Program-made: the position numbers and the translations under genes
Notes under the pieces: generated by a model
Databases searched by the model: none
The model's input: the letters and a program-made list of their open reading frames with translations, nothing else
Told to the model about the DNA's origin: nothing
Shown here: piece after piece, positions 1-8,647 of the stretch
How positions within the stretch are numbered: position 1 is the stretch's first letter
Layout: the number at the start of each line of letters is the position of its first letter
From: a virus
Taxonomy: Duplodnaviria; Heunggongvirae; Uroviricota; Caudoviricetes
Virus record (IMG/VR): IMGVR_UViG_2778261225_000004
Reading direction: 5' to 3' (one strand)
Length of the DNA stretch: 20,622 bases

Positions 1-19
1 TTTTAAATTTCGTGCTCAT
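1..19 (-). CDS. H: Tail fibre protein gpH, first 6 codons only; the gene continues beyond the window start
   Basis: Minus-strand ATG at 19..17 reads MSTKFK, resembling the remembered P2 gpH N-terminus MSIKFR, and sits just downstream of the gpI stop as in P2. Too short to verify independently. Confidence 0.35.
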
Positions 20-29
20 TGTTTCTCAC

Positions 30-557
30 TTATCCGGGATAAACAGTAATAACATCACCATCACAGACCACACCGCCTGTATACAGATAGCCAGGAATGT
101 CCTGGATAATGCTCAGGCCGATAAGGTGGCGACTTGCGGGTTTGGCGTCGGCAATCAGCCGTTCCATTTCCAGATACATTTCCTCGGTCACACCACTGTC
201 CAGCGTGCCAACATCAACCTTGAATGTTCCGGGTTCTCCGCCGAACTCCCACCACTCAGACACACGAATGAGGTATCCCAGCGGCTCAATGGCCCGGCGC
301 AGTGCGCTGATGGTTCCCTTGTGTCGGTGTATCAGCCATGCATCACGAATCACCTGTCGCTTTGTCTCTTCCGGCCAGTTGCGATCCCAGCGGTCAACGG
401 AAAATGCCCAGGCGAGATAAGGCAGCAGATGCACCGGGCAGGTGTCCGGCGACCACAGCGTGTTGAGGTCTACCGGGATGTCTGTAATGCGCGCTCCGAC
501 AGCTTCGGCACAACGCATGAAATTGCTGGCTGATGGCGGTAACAGTGAATTACTCAT
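30..557 (-). CDS. I: Baseplate assembly protein gpI
   Basis: Track ORF 30..590 has a C-terminal half (RHLIGL..DIPGYL..DGDVITVYPG, WLAWAFSVDRWD) matching remembered P2 gpI. Start moved to the ATG at 557, which has an AAGGTGG Shine-Dalgarno and gives about 175 aa; the track start at 590 is GTG. Confidence 0.85.
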   Translation of the reverse strand: MSNSLLPPSASNFMRCAEAVGARITDIPVDLNTLWSPDTCPVHLLPYLAWAFSVDRWDRNWPEETKRQVIRDAWLIHRHKGTISALRRAIEPLGYLIRVSEWWEFGGEPGTFKVDVGTLDSGVTEEMYLEMERLIADAKPASRHLIGLSIIQDIPGYLYTGGVVCDGDVITVYPG

Positions 558-1446
558 TACGCCCACCTTCGCTGATGGTGAATGACTCACAGCGCGCCGC
601 CTGTATGTCGCTGATGACCATATTCTGTGTGGGTTCGATTATCTCCACGCGTTGCACACCGTGCACATGCAGTGCGGCAGCAATGGCGGACAACGCCACG
701 TCCTGACCGATAAGCCCCTGTTCAGCCAGCCACTTCCTGAATGACGATTCCGCCGCGGCCAGAATAGGTTCGGATTCCGGGCCGGGGTAAAAGTACAGTT
801 TTGCATTCAGCCGCCATGTCACGATGCTGGCGCTCTGTACGGTCAGGCGGTCGGCCACCGGGCGGGTATCCTCTGCATTCAGAACGGCGCGAACGGTATT
901 AAGCAACGCCTCCGTTGCTGTGCCGTCGCCCTCAGTGGACAGGATGGAAACCGTCACACTGGCCGGAGACGGGCTGATGGCTCGCGCATCGCGCACCAGA
1001 CCGCTGGCGCTGCGGGCAAAATACTCGTATGCACCTGACGGGCCAGCAACGCTCAGGCCGTCATACGCCCGCTGCGCCCGCAGTCTCAGCGAGGTGTCGC
1101 TCTCCATCACCGCGTCGGTGGTATCCGTTGCCGGAGTGATAACCAGGCGCTTTGTGTTCATATTGCCCGCGAGGTTGTCCAGGTTTGTCCCTGAACCGTG
1201 GCTTAACATGCAGGCGCGTGCGCCCTCGTTAACCCGCTGGCGTAACAGCATTTCACGAAACGACATGGTTTGAGCGATAACGTTCAGGGGTTCTGATTCC
1301 AGCTCCAGCGCGGCGGAGACGGCTTCACGCTGTTCGGCAGGATAGGACGCAATCATCATGGCCTTTGTGTCAGCCAGAATTGCCTCAAAGTCAGGCTCCG
1401 CGATGATGGCGGGTTCCGGTAACTGTGAAAGGTCAACGGCGGGCAT
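550..1446 (-). CDS. J: Baseplate assembly protein gpJ
   Basis: 298-aa ORF starting MPAVDLSQLPEP with ESEPL, RQRVNE, GLSVAG, VADRLTVQSA and YFYPGPESEPI motifs collinear with remembered P2 gpJ (302 aa). ATG start; position between W and I. Confidence 0.9.
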   Translation of the reverse strand: MPAVDLSQLPEPAIIAEPDFEAILADTKAMMIASYPAEQREAVSAALELESEPLNVIAQTMSFREMLLRQRVNEGARACMLSHGSGTNLDNLAGNMNTKRLVITPATDTTDAVMESDTSLRLRAQRAYDGLSVAGPSGAYEYFARSASGLVRDARAISPSPASVTVSILSTEGDGTATEALLNTVRAVLNAEDTRPVADRLTVQSASIVTWRLNAKLYFYPGPESEPILAAAESSFRKWLAEQGLIGQDVALSAIAAALHVHGVQRVEIIEPTQNMVISDIQAARCESFTISEGGRNE

Positions 1447-1449
1447 GAT

Positions 1450-1800
1450 TTACTCCCTCAGCGTGATGGTTAATTCAACATTCTGCATGGTCTGCATGAC
1501 AGTGCCCGACAGCGTCACCCCGGCGCGGCCTCCAGCTTTCCAGACAACGTCGATGGCATCCAGGGCAATGCGGGGTTCCCATCGTGTCAGCGCAATCACG
1601 GCAGCACTCATGCATTGCAGACGCGTGGTGTTATTCATGGGTTCGTCAATTAAATCAGGCACAAGGCTGCCATATTCCCGTCGCATAACCCGGCTTGCCA
1701 GCGGGGTGGTCAGGATGTCCCTGACTGACTGTTTCAGGTGCTCCATATCGTTCAGGTTTCCCGTTCCGTCCGGGTTCATTCCTGTGTAGCGGGTTGTCAC
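1450..1800 (-). CDS. W: Baseplate protein gpW
   Basis: 116-aa ORF MTTRYTGMN..SRVMRREYGSL matches remembered P2 gpW (115 aa, MTARYLGMN..SRVMRRDYGSL). GTG start overlapping the V stop (GTGA). Confidence 0.85.
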   Translation of the reverse strand: MTTRYTGMNPDGTGNLNDMEHLKQSVRDILTTPLASRVMRREYGSLVPDLIDEPMNNTTRLQCMSAAVIALTRWEPRIALDAIDVVWKAGGRAGVTLSGTVMQTMQNVELTITLRE

Positions 1801-2378
1801 TGCGGGCCTCCTGTCGAATCGCTGCCACCTTTCACGCCACCGTGTTTATGCGTATGCACGGTAATGCCGTTTGAGGTGAAATTGCCGCCGCTGTGCGTGA
1901 TATTGCCGCTCATCTTTCCCCCTTTTGTGACGTCAAGCGTCGCCGTTCTCAGAAGGTCTGTGCATTCCACGACGGGCGTGTCCAGTGTCACGCTGACGGA
2001 TGCCTGTAAAGTGGCCGTTTTCATGCCGCTGGCGCTCAGTGCGCCTGCGTCCGCGTCGTAGCGGAACACCGCGCCGTCCGGCGCGCTGATCACGATTTCT
2101 TTCAGGCTTTTGCCGGGGGCCGGATTGGCATCACTCCACAGGCTGCCAATTATCATGGCGGTTTCCGGGTTGCCGCCAATGCAGGCAATTACCACCTGTT
2201 CGCCTGGTGATGGCGGCAGCCACACATTGAAGGCTCCCGCGCGCGTGGTGTTCCAGCGCAGCCAGCCTGTTTCCAGTTCGCCGCTGCGAACGCGCACGCA
2301 CCAGGATTCCTCATCAACTTCAGAGATGATCCCGGTACGGATGATGTTGCTCAGCAGTCGCATGAGTTCTGCGCTCAC
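1797..2378 (-). CDS. V: Baseplate spike protein gpV
   Basis: 193-aa ORF with IRTGII near the N-terminus and a C-terminal GNITHSGG..SNG..HTHKHGG motif as in remembered P2 gpV. GTG start at 2378 with GGAGG 6 nt upstream; alternative ATG at 2363. Confidence 0.85.
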   Translation of the reverse strand: MSAELMRLLSNIIRTGIISEVDEESWCVRVRSGELETGWLRWNTTRAGAFNVWLPPSPGEQVVIACIGGNPETAMIIGSLWSDANPAPGKSLKEIVISAPDGAVFRYDADAGALSASGMKTATLQASVSVTLDTPVVECTDLLRTATLDVTKGGKMSGNITHSGGNFTSNGITVHTHKHGGVKGGSDSTGGPQ

Positions 2379-3010
2379 CGTACAGCCTCCGCAATCCGGC
2401 CCAGCACCGTGTTATAAATCAGGCGCTCATCTGCCTGGCTGATACCCAACAGCTCACGTACCGGGTAATCGGTGAAAATGCCCGGCGCAACCTGATCGCG
2501 CTCACCGAACTGATGAACGCGGGCAATACGTGCGGCCACGCCGCTGTAACCCACCGTCACACCGGAAGCATCTGCACGGGCTTTCAGGTAGCGGGCGGTG
2601 CGCAGTTTTACGAACATGGGGACGCGCTTTGTGCTGTCCTGGTTGATGCGCCGGGTGCGTATTTCCAGAAAACGGTCGATGTCATCCCGGTAAAACGTGC
2701 GGATATTGTTTTTATCCTCATCCCACCCGGTAATGGTTCGCCCGTATTTCCCCGTGTCGTGATGCCAGTTTTTCAGCGTGCGTGCTTCGTTATTCCAGAT
2801 AAAGCGAATGCGTTCCTGTATCCGGGTTACGCGGCGTCTGCGTGGTGTCCACGCGGTCCCGTCCGGCGCTTTCTGTGACCGGATACGCGCCTGCTGGGCG
2901 CGGCGTAAATCCTGTGCCAGCTTTCTGGCGATGTTATTGATGGCCTGCTGATTCAGGCTGTCGCGGATGGCCTCAAAGGTTTCATCCACGCGGGTGAATG
3001 CCTTATCCAT
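2375..3010 (-). CDS. S: Tail completion / virion morphogenesis protein gpS
   Basis: Track ORF 2375..3019 lies between R and V as in P2, with charged, protein-like composition. Start set at the ATG at 3010 (8-nt overlap with the R stop); the track start at 3019 is GTG without a Shine-Dalgarno. Start uncertain. Confidence 0.72.
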   Translation of the reverse strand: MDKAFTRVDETFEAIRDSLNQQAINNIARKLAQDLRRAQQARIRSQKAPDGTAWTPRRRRVTRIQERIRFIWNNEARTLKNWHHDTGKYGRTITGWDEDKNNIRTFYRDDIDRFLEIRTRRINQDSTKRVPMFVKLRTARYLKARADASGVTVGYSGVAARIARVHQFGERDQVAPGIFTDYPVRELLGISQADERLIYNTVLGRIAEAVR

Positions 3011-3470
3011 CGCTTTCACCCCACGTCACATCCTGGAATACATGCGACCAGTCGCCTTCGGAAGAGGGCAGGCGGGGTTTTGGCTCAGGCAGGTGTTCTG
3101 CCTGCGGTGTGCCCTGACTGCTGCGCGTGATGCGAACGCGTTCCCGCAGGGGGAGCGTAAACAGGAGATCGGCGCTGTCATCGTCATTGATAACGGCGGA
3201 GAATTTGATGTCCTGATTACGCTCCGGATTGAGCAACAACTGTGGCTGATTTTCGGATAACCACGCCAGTAGCGGCAGCGTGAGGTCGTCCAGCTCCCCG
3301 GCGTAATCCATGACAAACATCACCATCTGATAGCGGTAAACAAACGAGGGCGTTTCTCCGGTCGTTTCAATGTTGCCGCTCTCCACGAAAATGGTGAATT
3401 TTTCCGGGTTGGCCTGACACCATCGGCATGAACGGGTCATGGCTTCACGCAGGGAATCAGTTTTCAGCAT
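3003..3470 (-). CDS. R: Tail completion protein gpR
   Basis: 155-aa ORF MLKTDSLREA..LPLLAWLSENQP matches remembered P2 gpR (155 aa, MLKPDSLRRA..VPVLAWLRENQP). ATG start. Confidence 0.85.
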   Translation of the reverse strand: MLKTDSLREAMTRSCRWCQANPEKFTIFVESGNIETTGETPSFVYRYQMVMFVMDYAGELDDLTLPLLAWLSENQPQLLLNPERNQDIKFSAVINDDDSADLLFTLPLRERVRITRSSQGTPQAEHLPEPKPRLPSSEGDWSHVFQDVTWGESDG

Positions 3471-3777
3471 GGTTGTTATCCTTGTTGTTCAGTCGTTGCA
3501 GCCTGCGCTGTTCCAGTAATTCAATGGCCCGTTTATCCGCGTTACAGGTTTCCAGTGCATCCAGAAGGCGGTCGCCCCATATACCGAGATTTCCCCATGT
3601 GGGAGTATCAGGGAAGGGGGGAGGCGTTACCGGTATGGTCAGCGTCTGTGGTATAAGCCGGACTGACGGCGCTGGCAGTGGCGCGTTCTGCGTGCCTGCG
3701 CAACCTGTCAGTAAAACGAGCGTCAGGCAAAGCGTGGGCGCATTCATCTTTTGCAATATCGTTGCGTAGCTGTTCAC
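3457..3777 (-). CDS. lysC: Outer-membrane spanin lipoprotein (LysC/Rz1-like o-spanin)
   Basis: Contains a lipoprotein signal with lipobox LLTG-C, followed by a Pro-rich mature region; partly overlaps the i-spanin gene in another frame, as P2 lysB/lysC do. GTG at 3777 has a GGAGAGG Shine-Dalgarno; an internal ATG at 3747 would give 96 aa, the P2 LysC length. Confidence 0.6.
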   Translation of the reverse strand: MNSYATILQKMNAPTLCLTLVLLTGCAGTQNAPLPAPSVRLIPQTLTIPVTPPPFPDTPTWGNLGIWGDRLLDALETCNADKRAIELLEQRRLQRLNNKDNNHAEN

Positions 3778-4015
3778 GTCTGGCCTCTCCGTCCTGATTG
3801 CGTTGCTGATTTTCCGTGCGGAGTTGTGCCAGCACCTGCTGCATATCCTGTACCCCGGCGCTGATGATATTCAGGGTGTCGACGGTACTTTTCAGGGGGC
3901 GTGCCTGCGCTTCGTTTCTGGCGTTCTCCCGGCCCAGCGACCACGACAGACGCACGGATGCTCCCCATACGGCAATCAGAAGAAAAGCGACGCCCGGAGA
4001 AGTCCATAACCTCAT
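3608..4015 (-). CDS. lysB: Inner-membrane spanin (LysB/Rz-like i-spanin)
   Basis: 135-aa ORF with an N-terminal transmembrane helix (GVAFLLIAVWGA) and a charged, coiled-coil-like periplasmic domain; ATG overlaps the endolysin stop (ATGA); position matches P2 lysB. Confidence 0.65.
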   Translation of the reverse strand: MRLWTSPGVAFLLIAVWGASVRLSWSLGRENARNEAQARPLKSTVDTLNIISAGVQDMQQVLAQLRTENQQRNQDGEARREQLRNDIAKDECAHALPDARFTDRLRRHAERATASAVSPAYTTDADHTGNASPLP

Positions 4016-4557
4016 ACCGCCACGCGTTCCTTTATCCAGCCGTAGACAAACGACTCGTTGGCTTCGCGTTTTTCTGCCAGCTCCAGATAGCGTTCACCCT
4101 GTGTACAGTTCAGTGCAGCTAACATCACCATCTCGCCGTCCCGACCGCGTTTTTCCAGATATGCACGCAATGCGTTAATCGTGCGTGGGCCAGTGCGTCC
4201 GTCCGTGTCCATATCGGGATACAGTTTCCCGCCCTGATTAAATGCGTTCAGCCAGCGCTGAAGCATTCTGGTTGCCACAGACGGTCCCATATTTACTCCG
4301 GTGTCACACAGTTCTGCGGCAATATCCGGGGACAGCTTCGCTATCTGATCAAAACGCGGTCCGTACCAGTAATCAGCTTCAAGGATTTCCAGTGCCTGTT
4401 CGCGCGTTAAATCACGCATATCGCCACGGTATCCGTGCGCCCGTGCCACCTTTTCAGTGATGCCCCATTTTGTCGGACCGCCTCTGTCATCCGGGTGATT
4501 GACGTAGCCCCCTTCTTTGCCAAGAACGGCATCAAAAATTTCGTCTTTCGATTTCAT
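4012..4557 (-). CDS. Endolysin: GH108-family N-terminal domain with C-terminal peptidoglycan-binding domain
   Basis: 181-aa ORF with the GH108 hallmark GKEGGYVNHPDDRGGPTKWGIT at the N-terminus; AGAGGTGA Shine-Dalgarno before the ATG; sits in the lysis cassette immediately after the holin. Confidence 0.85.
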   Translation of the reverse strand: MKSKDEIFDAVLGKEGGYVNHPDDRGGPTKWGITEKVARAHGYRGDMRDLTREQALEILEADYWYGPRFDQIAKLSPDIAAELCDTGVNMGPSVATRMLQRWLNAFNQGGKLYPDMDTDGRTGPRTINALRAYLEKRGRDGEMVMLAALNCTQGERYLELAEKREANESFVYGWIKERVAV

Positions 4558-4611
4558 TTCGTCACCTCTGTGAATGATTTTTATGGTGATTACCGGCTTT
4601 AAGCCTGCGAC

Positions 4612-4950
4612 TTATTCATCTCCCTTTTGGGTTATGCGGTTAAAGGCGGCAATGATCTTGTCGCGTGCTTTTTCTGCGCCCATAAAACCGATTGATGCGC
4701 CGATAAACGTCACGGCATCTTCAGGAAAACCGAAGAATCGCAACGACCCGGCCACGACCATGGCAAGAACGCCGCACGCCAGCGATCCCGTTACGGTCTG
4801 AACCAGTGTTCGTCCGTCATAAAGACTCATCAGCGCGGAAATGCTGACCGCCGCGCCTGCTGCATACACCGTTGGCAGGTGGTCAAAGAGCCACGCAATA
4901 ACCTGCTCTGTGATCCCTGTTTGAATAGTGCTCACTGCTACTCCCCCCAC
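4612..4950 (-). CDS. Holin (class I-like, about 3 predicted transmembrane segments)
   Basis: The C-terminal 112 aa of track ORF 4612..5154 carry three hydrophobic stretches and a charged tail; the N-terminal part of the track ORF overlaps gpX in another frame and is Arg/Gly-rich junk. Start placed at the GTG at 4950, just after the X stop; exact start uncertain. Confidence 0.55.
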   Translation of the reverse strand: MGGVAVSTIQTGITEQVIAWLFDHLPTVYAAGAAVSISALMSLYDGRTLVQTVTGSLACGVLAMVVAGSLRFFGFPEDAVTFIGASIGFMGAEKARDKIIAAFNRITQKGDE

Positions 4951-5138
4951 AACTGAATCATTTCTCGTTTCTTCTTCTCCGGCTCCGGCATCTCCACTTC
5001 CTGCCCGGCGTCCAGAAATACCTGCTGACAGAGTCCGGGGTTGGCATCCAGCACCTTTTCGGTGACGCCCTGCGTCGTGCCGTAGTACCGGAAACAGAGC
5101 GAATCCACGGTGTCTCCTTCCAGTGCCTTCACTTTCAT
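4938..5138 (-). CDS. X: Tail protein gpX (LysM-like)
   Basis: From the internal ATG at 5138: MKVKALEGDTVDSLCFRYYGTTQGVTEKVLDANPGL matches remembered P2 gpX (67 aa, MKTFALQGDTLDAICVRYYGRTEGVVETVLAANPGL). ATG overlaps the L stop (ATGA). Confidence 0.8.
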   Translation of the reverse strand: MKVKALEGDTVDSLCFRYYGTTQGVTEKVLDANPGLCQQVFLDAGQEVEMPEPEKKKREMIQLWGE

Positions 5139-5632
5139 CAGCACAACTCCGCAAATATTCGCGGGCGGCACAGAATGTCAGAGATGGCCCAGCTCACATC
5201 ACGCCACAAATCCGATGTCTGTATATCCAGTGCGTCCGCCCGGCGGTCGCCCTTATCCGTTGTGTCCGCATCGCGGTAACGCTCCAGAATCAGGGCGCGT
5301 GTGGCGGTATAAACAGCATTGCGCCAGTGCCAGAGATTGACGCTTTCTCCGTTAATTACGGGTGCCGGAACATCGGCCAGCGTCTGATGGCCAGCCGCCT
5401 GCTGTTCCTGCTGCCATGCTTCCAGCTCGCGGGTAACGTGTGCCACCGCCCCGGTGGCGGTATGCAGCAGGCGGGAGGTGGTCACACGGCCCGGCAGTCG
5501 TATCGCCAGACGCAGCTCACGCAGCACAATATCCGGCCAGAATGCGCCCGCTGAAATACGGGTATCACCATCATCGGTATCGGTGATGTCGTCCTCTGCG
5601 GGTCCGGGGTTGGTTCTGGCAACCATACTCAT
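5138..5632 (-). CDS. L: Head completion / stabilisation protein gpL
   Basis: Track ORF 5138..5641 with LADVPA..INGESV..YERYR..ELWRD motifs as in remembered P2 gpL. Start set at the ATG at 5632 (AGGAG 8 nt upstream); the track GTG at 5641 abuts the Shine-Dalgarno. Confidence 0.85.
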   Translation of the reverse strand: MSMVARTNPGPAEDDITDTDDGDTRISAGAFWPDIVLRELRLAIRLPGRVTTSRLLHTATGAVAHVTRELEAWQQEQQAAGHQTLADVPAPVINGESVNLWHWRNAVYTATRALILERYRDADTTDKGDRRADALDIQTSDLWRDVSWAISDILCRPRIFAELC

Positions 5633-5734
5633 GGGGTTCACTCCTGAAAAAAATCGGGCGGTGGGTGCGCGGTGTAAACGGTCACGGAGTCAAACCGGAA
5701 CACCGCGTACGCCGCCCGCTGACGGGGTCAGTCG

Positions 5735-6535
5735 TTAACCGCGCTTCGCCTTCTGCGTCGCGGTGGTTTTTCGTGTTGCAGGCTTCCGCGTTGTCTTTTT
5801 ACTTTTGCTGCTTTCGTCCTGCGCCTGCTGTGCGCTGGCGTCTTCTGGTGCGGCTGCGGAATCGGCTTTTTTCAGGGCGCGGGAAAGGGTTGTAATCTCG
5901 CGTTTCACACCTGCGTTCTGGTTCAGGTGCATTGCTTCGCGCAGCAGCTTCAGTGACAGGGCCATGCTGTCCGCATCACTCAGACCACGACGGGCAAAGG
6001 CGCACGCCTTGCATAATTTGGCGCGCACTTCGTCCGGCATGTCCTGGTCGGTGACAATCTCCCGGAGTGTGTCCAGTGGTTCGATAAAGGCGGACAAATC
6101 CGCGTCGGCATCCGTCCCGGCCTGCGTCAGTACCGGGTTGCAGATTTCTTCGGTCAGCACTGTGGCAGCAGTACGGCCAAAGTTATCCGGCATGATGAGG
6201 TTGTGACGGACCACATACGCACCAATACGCAGCGCAAGCGGAAGATCGCCGCAGTCAATCGCCCACACCATCAGCGTGGCAATCACTTCATCCTGCTGCC
6301 CGCCGTCAGCCTCCAGCGTTCCCTCAATCCAGCCGGAAAAGTCCGGCAACAACTCTTTTTTGATGGCGGCTTTCGCGCTTCTGGCCTGTACGCCCTTAAG
6401 CCGGGCCTGTGCCAGACGCAGACGATACAGCACCTCTTCATGCGCGGTACGCGCGGCGTGGTCCACGCCTTCATTCGCCCGGCCTGTGCGCTGTGCCATC
6501 ACGTTCTGCCAGTGTTGCTGTGCAGGAGTAATCAT
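5735..6535 (-). CDS. M: Terminase small (endonuclease) subunit gpM
   Basis: 266-aa ORF MITPAQQHW..KKELLP..DMPDEVRAKL..QNAGVKREI with a basic C-terminal tail, collinear with remembered P2 gpM. Confidence 0.9.
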   Translation of the reverse strand: MITPAQQHWQNVMAQRTGRANEGVDHAARTAHEEVLYRLRLAQARLKGVQARSAKAAIKKELLPDFSGWIEGTLEADGGQQDEVIATLMVWAIDCGDLPLALRIGAYVVRHNLIMPDNFGRTAATVLTEEICNPVLTQAGTDADADLSAFIEPLDTLREIVTDQDMPDEVRAKLCKACAFARRGLSDADSMALSLKLLREAMHLNQNAGVKREITTLSRALKKADSAAAPEDASAQQAQDESSKSKKTTRKPATRKTTATQKAKRG

Positions 6536-6580
6536 TTTTTCTCTCCGTTACAGGCGGGCATGATGCCCGCCGTGAGTTGA

Positions 6581-7633
6581 TTAGCTGTCGGCGAACTTCA
6601 GGCCAGTGACCATCGCGCACTTGCCATAGTCTTCAACGACATAAGCGTCATTGATGGACTGGTAGGTGGCGATGCGGTTGTATTCCGGCTCGTCTTTCAT
6701 CAGGCGACGCATTGAACCTTTCTGCCAGTAAATCGACAGGTTGTTGAACGAGGTGATCAGCATCGTTGCATCCGGGAAGAACGGCGCAAGGAACACGCCC
6801 AGCCCGCCAATGGTGCGCGATGACAGGATGAGCTGCCCGGCGAGTAATTCCGCATTGAGATTCTGGCCGCTGATGCTGTTTAGCACGGGCAGACGCAGCG
6901 AGTTAAACAGGTTGCGCCCCATAATCACCACGAGGTCGTCAGCTTCCTTGTGCCATTCATCCAGCAGGGATGAACGCGCGTCCTGTACCAGTGCATCAGC
7001 GTTCGCATACTTACCCGCGTGCGCCACGGTGTTGTCCATGTTGCGGGAGGTCAGCGTCACGTCATTCATAACGCGTTCGCTGGCGTCGGTTCTGATGTGC
7101 TCCAGCCAGCCCACGTTAACGTCCTGAAGCAGCTTGTTGGTGCTGAAGTTGGACTCATCCGCGTGAGACGTGCCGTTGAAACCGATCATGATGCGGTCAA
7201 GCGCCACCTGTCGGGCAATCTGTGCGCTGATGCGGGACTGAAAATCAGGGTGTGCCGACCAGGCATCAAGCTGCGGATACGAAATAAACGTGTCGTAGTT
7301 CACCTGTTCGCACTGGTATTTGCGGTTTTTCAGATCAACCACGTTATTCGGGTTACGGCGTTTTGTGCCGTCATAACTGGTATTCGTGCGCGCAATTGGC
7401 CCGGTGGTATCCAGGAGGATTTTTTCGCCTTTCTGGTCGGTCACGCCGATCACGTTAATTCTTTTTGTAAATTCGGTGCTTTCCTTTGAGGCGTTTTCAA
7501 AACGCTGCTGTACCGAGGGTTCCACGGTAAATCGCGATACCAGTGCGGAAACCGGGATATTGTTAAGCGACGCCTGCTGCGCCATATAGCAACCCAGCTT
7601 GTTGCGGGTAATATCTGACATCACCAGATTCAT
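6581..7633 (-). CDS. N: Major capsid protein gpN
   Basis: 350-aa ORF with FTVEPSV, GFNG, VGWL, DLVVI.GR, AMLIT..NLSIY and YVVEDY motifs collinear with remembered P2 gpN (357 aa). The start could also be the ATG at 7621, which aligns with the P2 N-terminus. Confidence 0.95.
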   Translation of the reverse strand: MNLVMSDITRNKLGCYMAQQASLNNIPVSALVSRFTVEPSVQQRFENASKESTEFTKRINVIGVTDQKGEKILLDTTGPIARTNTSYDGTKRRNPNNVVDLKNRKYQCEQVNYDTFISYPQLDAWSAHPDFQSRISAQIARQVALDRIMIGFNGTSHADESNFSTNKLLQDVNVGWLEHIRTDASERVMNDVTLTSRNMDNTVAHAGKYANADALVQDARSSLLDEWHKEADDLVVIMGRNLFNSLRLPVLNSISGQNLNAELLAGQLILSSRTIGGLGVFLAPFFPDATMLITSFNNLSIYWQKGSMRRLMKDEPEYNRIATYQSINDAYVVEDYGKCAMVTGLKFADS

Positions 7634-7656
7634 AAAAAATTTGCTCCTTTGTCTTA

Positions 7657-8493
7657 TCAGAAGTCAGCCAGCTGGTCGGAGGCTGCGCCCGTTGCGGTGA
7701 ACCGGTTCTGCGGATCGCCGTCCTGCGTGCGCAGTTTTTCCTTCAGTGCTGCCAGCTCTGTGGTCAGTAAAGTGATTTTCTGGCTGTCCTGCTGATGGCG
7801 GGTTTCCAGCACATTAAAACGGTCGATAATGTCGGCCTGTGACGTTGCGACACCTTCCACCGCTTCCTGAATACGGGAGAAACTGGCGTCATCCGCTTTG
7901 CGGCCACGGCCAATAATCCCCATAACGCGGTTAAACCACTGGGTGCCTTCTTCCTGACGTTGTTCGGTGAGTTCGATAAGTTCTGACTCCATAGCGGCGG
8001 TAAACATCGCCACGTCTCCCTGCTGACAGTTGAATGTCATCAGTTGCATACGTTGTTGTGCCGCAAAGGCCAGACGTTCCGTGCCCAGGCTGGCAGGGGT
8101 GTCGGTCATTGCCAGCCCGCGCAGGTAAGGGCCTCCCGTGATGGTTGACTGTGGTTCCAGCTCAATACTGGAGTAAATTTTTTTACCATCGTTAAGCAGG
8201 GACATCATGCGAGCGGTCGGCTCAATTTCGGCATACAGTGCCGTGCGACCTGCCAGCGGGCCATCGGTTATGTCTTCGGTGCTCAACCCCACAACATCGC
8301 CCATAGCGGAAAACTCGCTACCGGGGAGTGGTGACAGGATGTGCTCAATATTCACACGTGCACCATAAACGGACGGGTTATAACTGGTGGCGGCAGCTTT
8401 CAGCATGTCGCCGTTGATTTCGCGCCCGTCTGCCGTTACACCGGAGACAGCCACGCGAAACTTTTTGCGGGATGTCTTTTTTTCATTAGCCAT
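7657..8493 (-). CDS. O: Capsid scaffolding protein gpO
   Basis: Track ORF 7657..8526; start moved to the ATG at 8493 (MANEKKTSRKKFRVAVSGV, compare P2 gpO MAKKVSKFFRIGVEG) with a GAGGGG Shine-Dalgarno. Contains VYG.R.N.EH and LAMTDTPASLGTE motifs. Confidence 0.9.
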   Translation of the reverse strand: MANEKKTSRKKFRVAVSGVTADGREINGDMLKAAATSYNPSVYGARVNIEHILSPLPGSEFSAMGDVVGLSTEDITDGPLAGRTALYAEIEPTARMMSLLNDGKKIYSSIELEPQSTITGGPYLRGLAMTDTPASLGTERLAFAAQQRMQLMTFNCQQGDVAMFTAAMESELIELTEQRQEEGTQWFNRVMGIIGRGRKADDASFSRIQEAVEGVATSQADIIDRFNVLETRHQQDSQKITLLTTELAALKEKLRTQDGDPQNRFTATGAASDQLADF

Positions 8494-8647
8494 AGTTTTT
8501 GCCCCTCTGACTGGTTCTTCAGTCATGATGGCAAAGCGTAACAGGCTGATACAAAGGTCTTTTGTTGTAAGAAAACGGCCAGAACAGGGGGTTAAGGAGA
8601 ACAGTTTCGCGCGCGGGTAATCTTCCTGTAATTACTCAGGGGGAGCA
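8494..8647. promoter_or_regulatory. Divergent late-promoter region between O (minus) and P (plus)
   Basis: 154-bp non-coding gap between divergently oriented morphogenesis operons, as in P2 where Ogr-dependent late promoters sit here. Contains a partial dyad TGT..ACA near TTGTTGTAAGAAAACGGCCAGAACA; no exact TGT-N12-ACA element was confirmed. Confidence 0.4.

Noticed and set aside
12-1273. Plus-strand ORFs (12..533, 97..420, 824..1273) overlapping baseplate genes I and J
   Set aside because: They are antisense to genes with clear P2 homology and have Arg/Ser-rich compositions; frame shadows of the real minus-strand genes.
3774-4007. 77-aa minus-strand ORF within the lysB region
   Set aside because: It is an alternative frame of the i-spanin gene with an Arg/Gly-rich product; there is no room or signal for an independent gene.
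4612-5154. Full 180-aa track ORF for the holin
   Set aside because: Its N-terminal 68 aa overlap gpX in another frame and are Arg/Gly-rich; only the C-terminal transmembrane-rich portion is a plausible holin.
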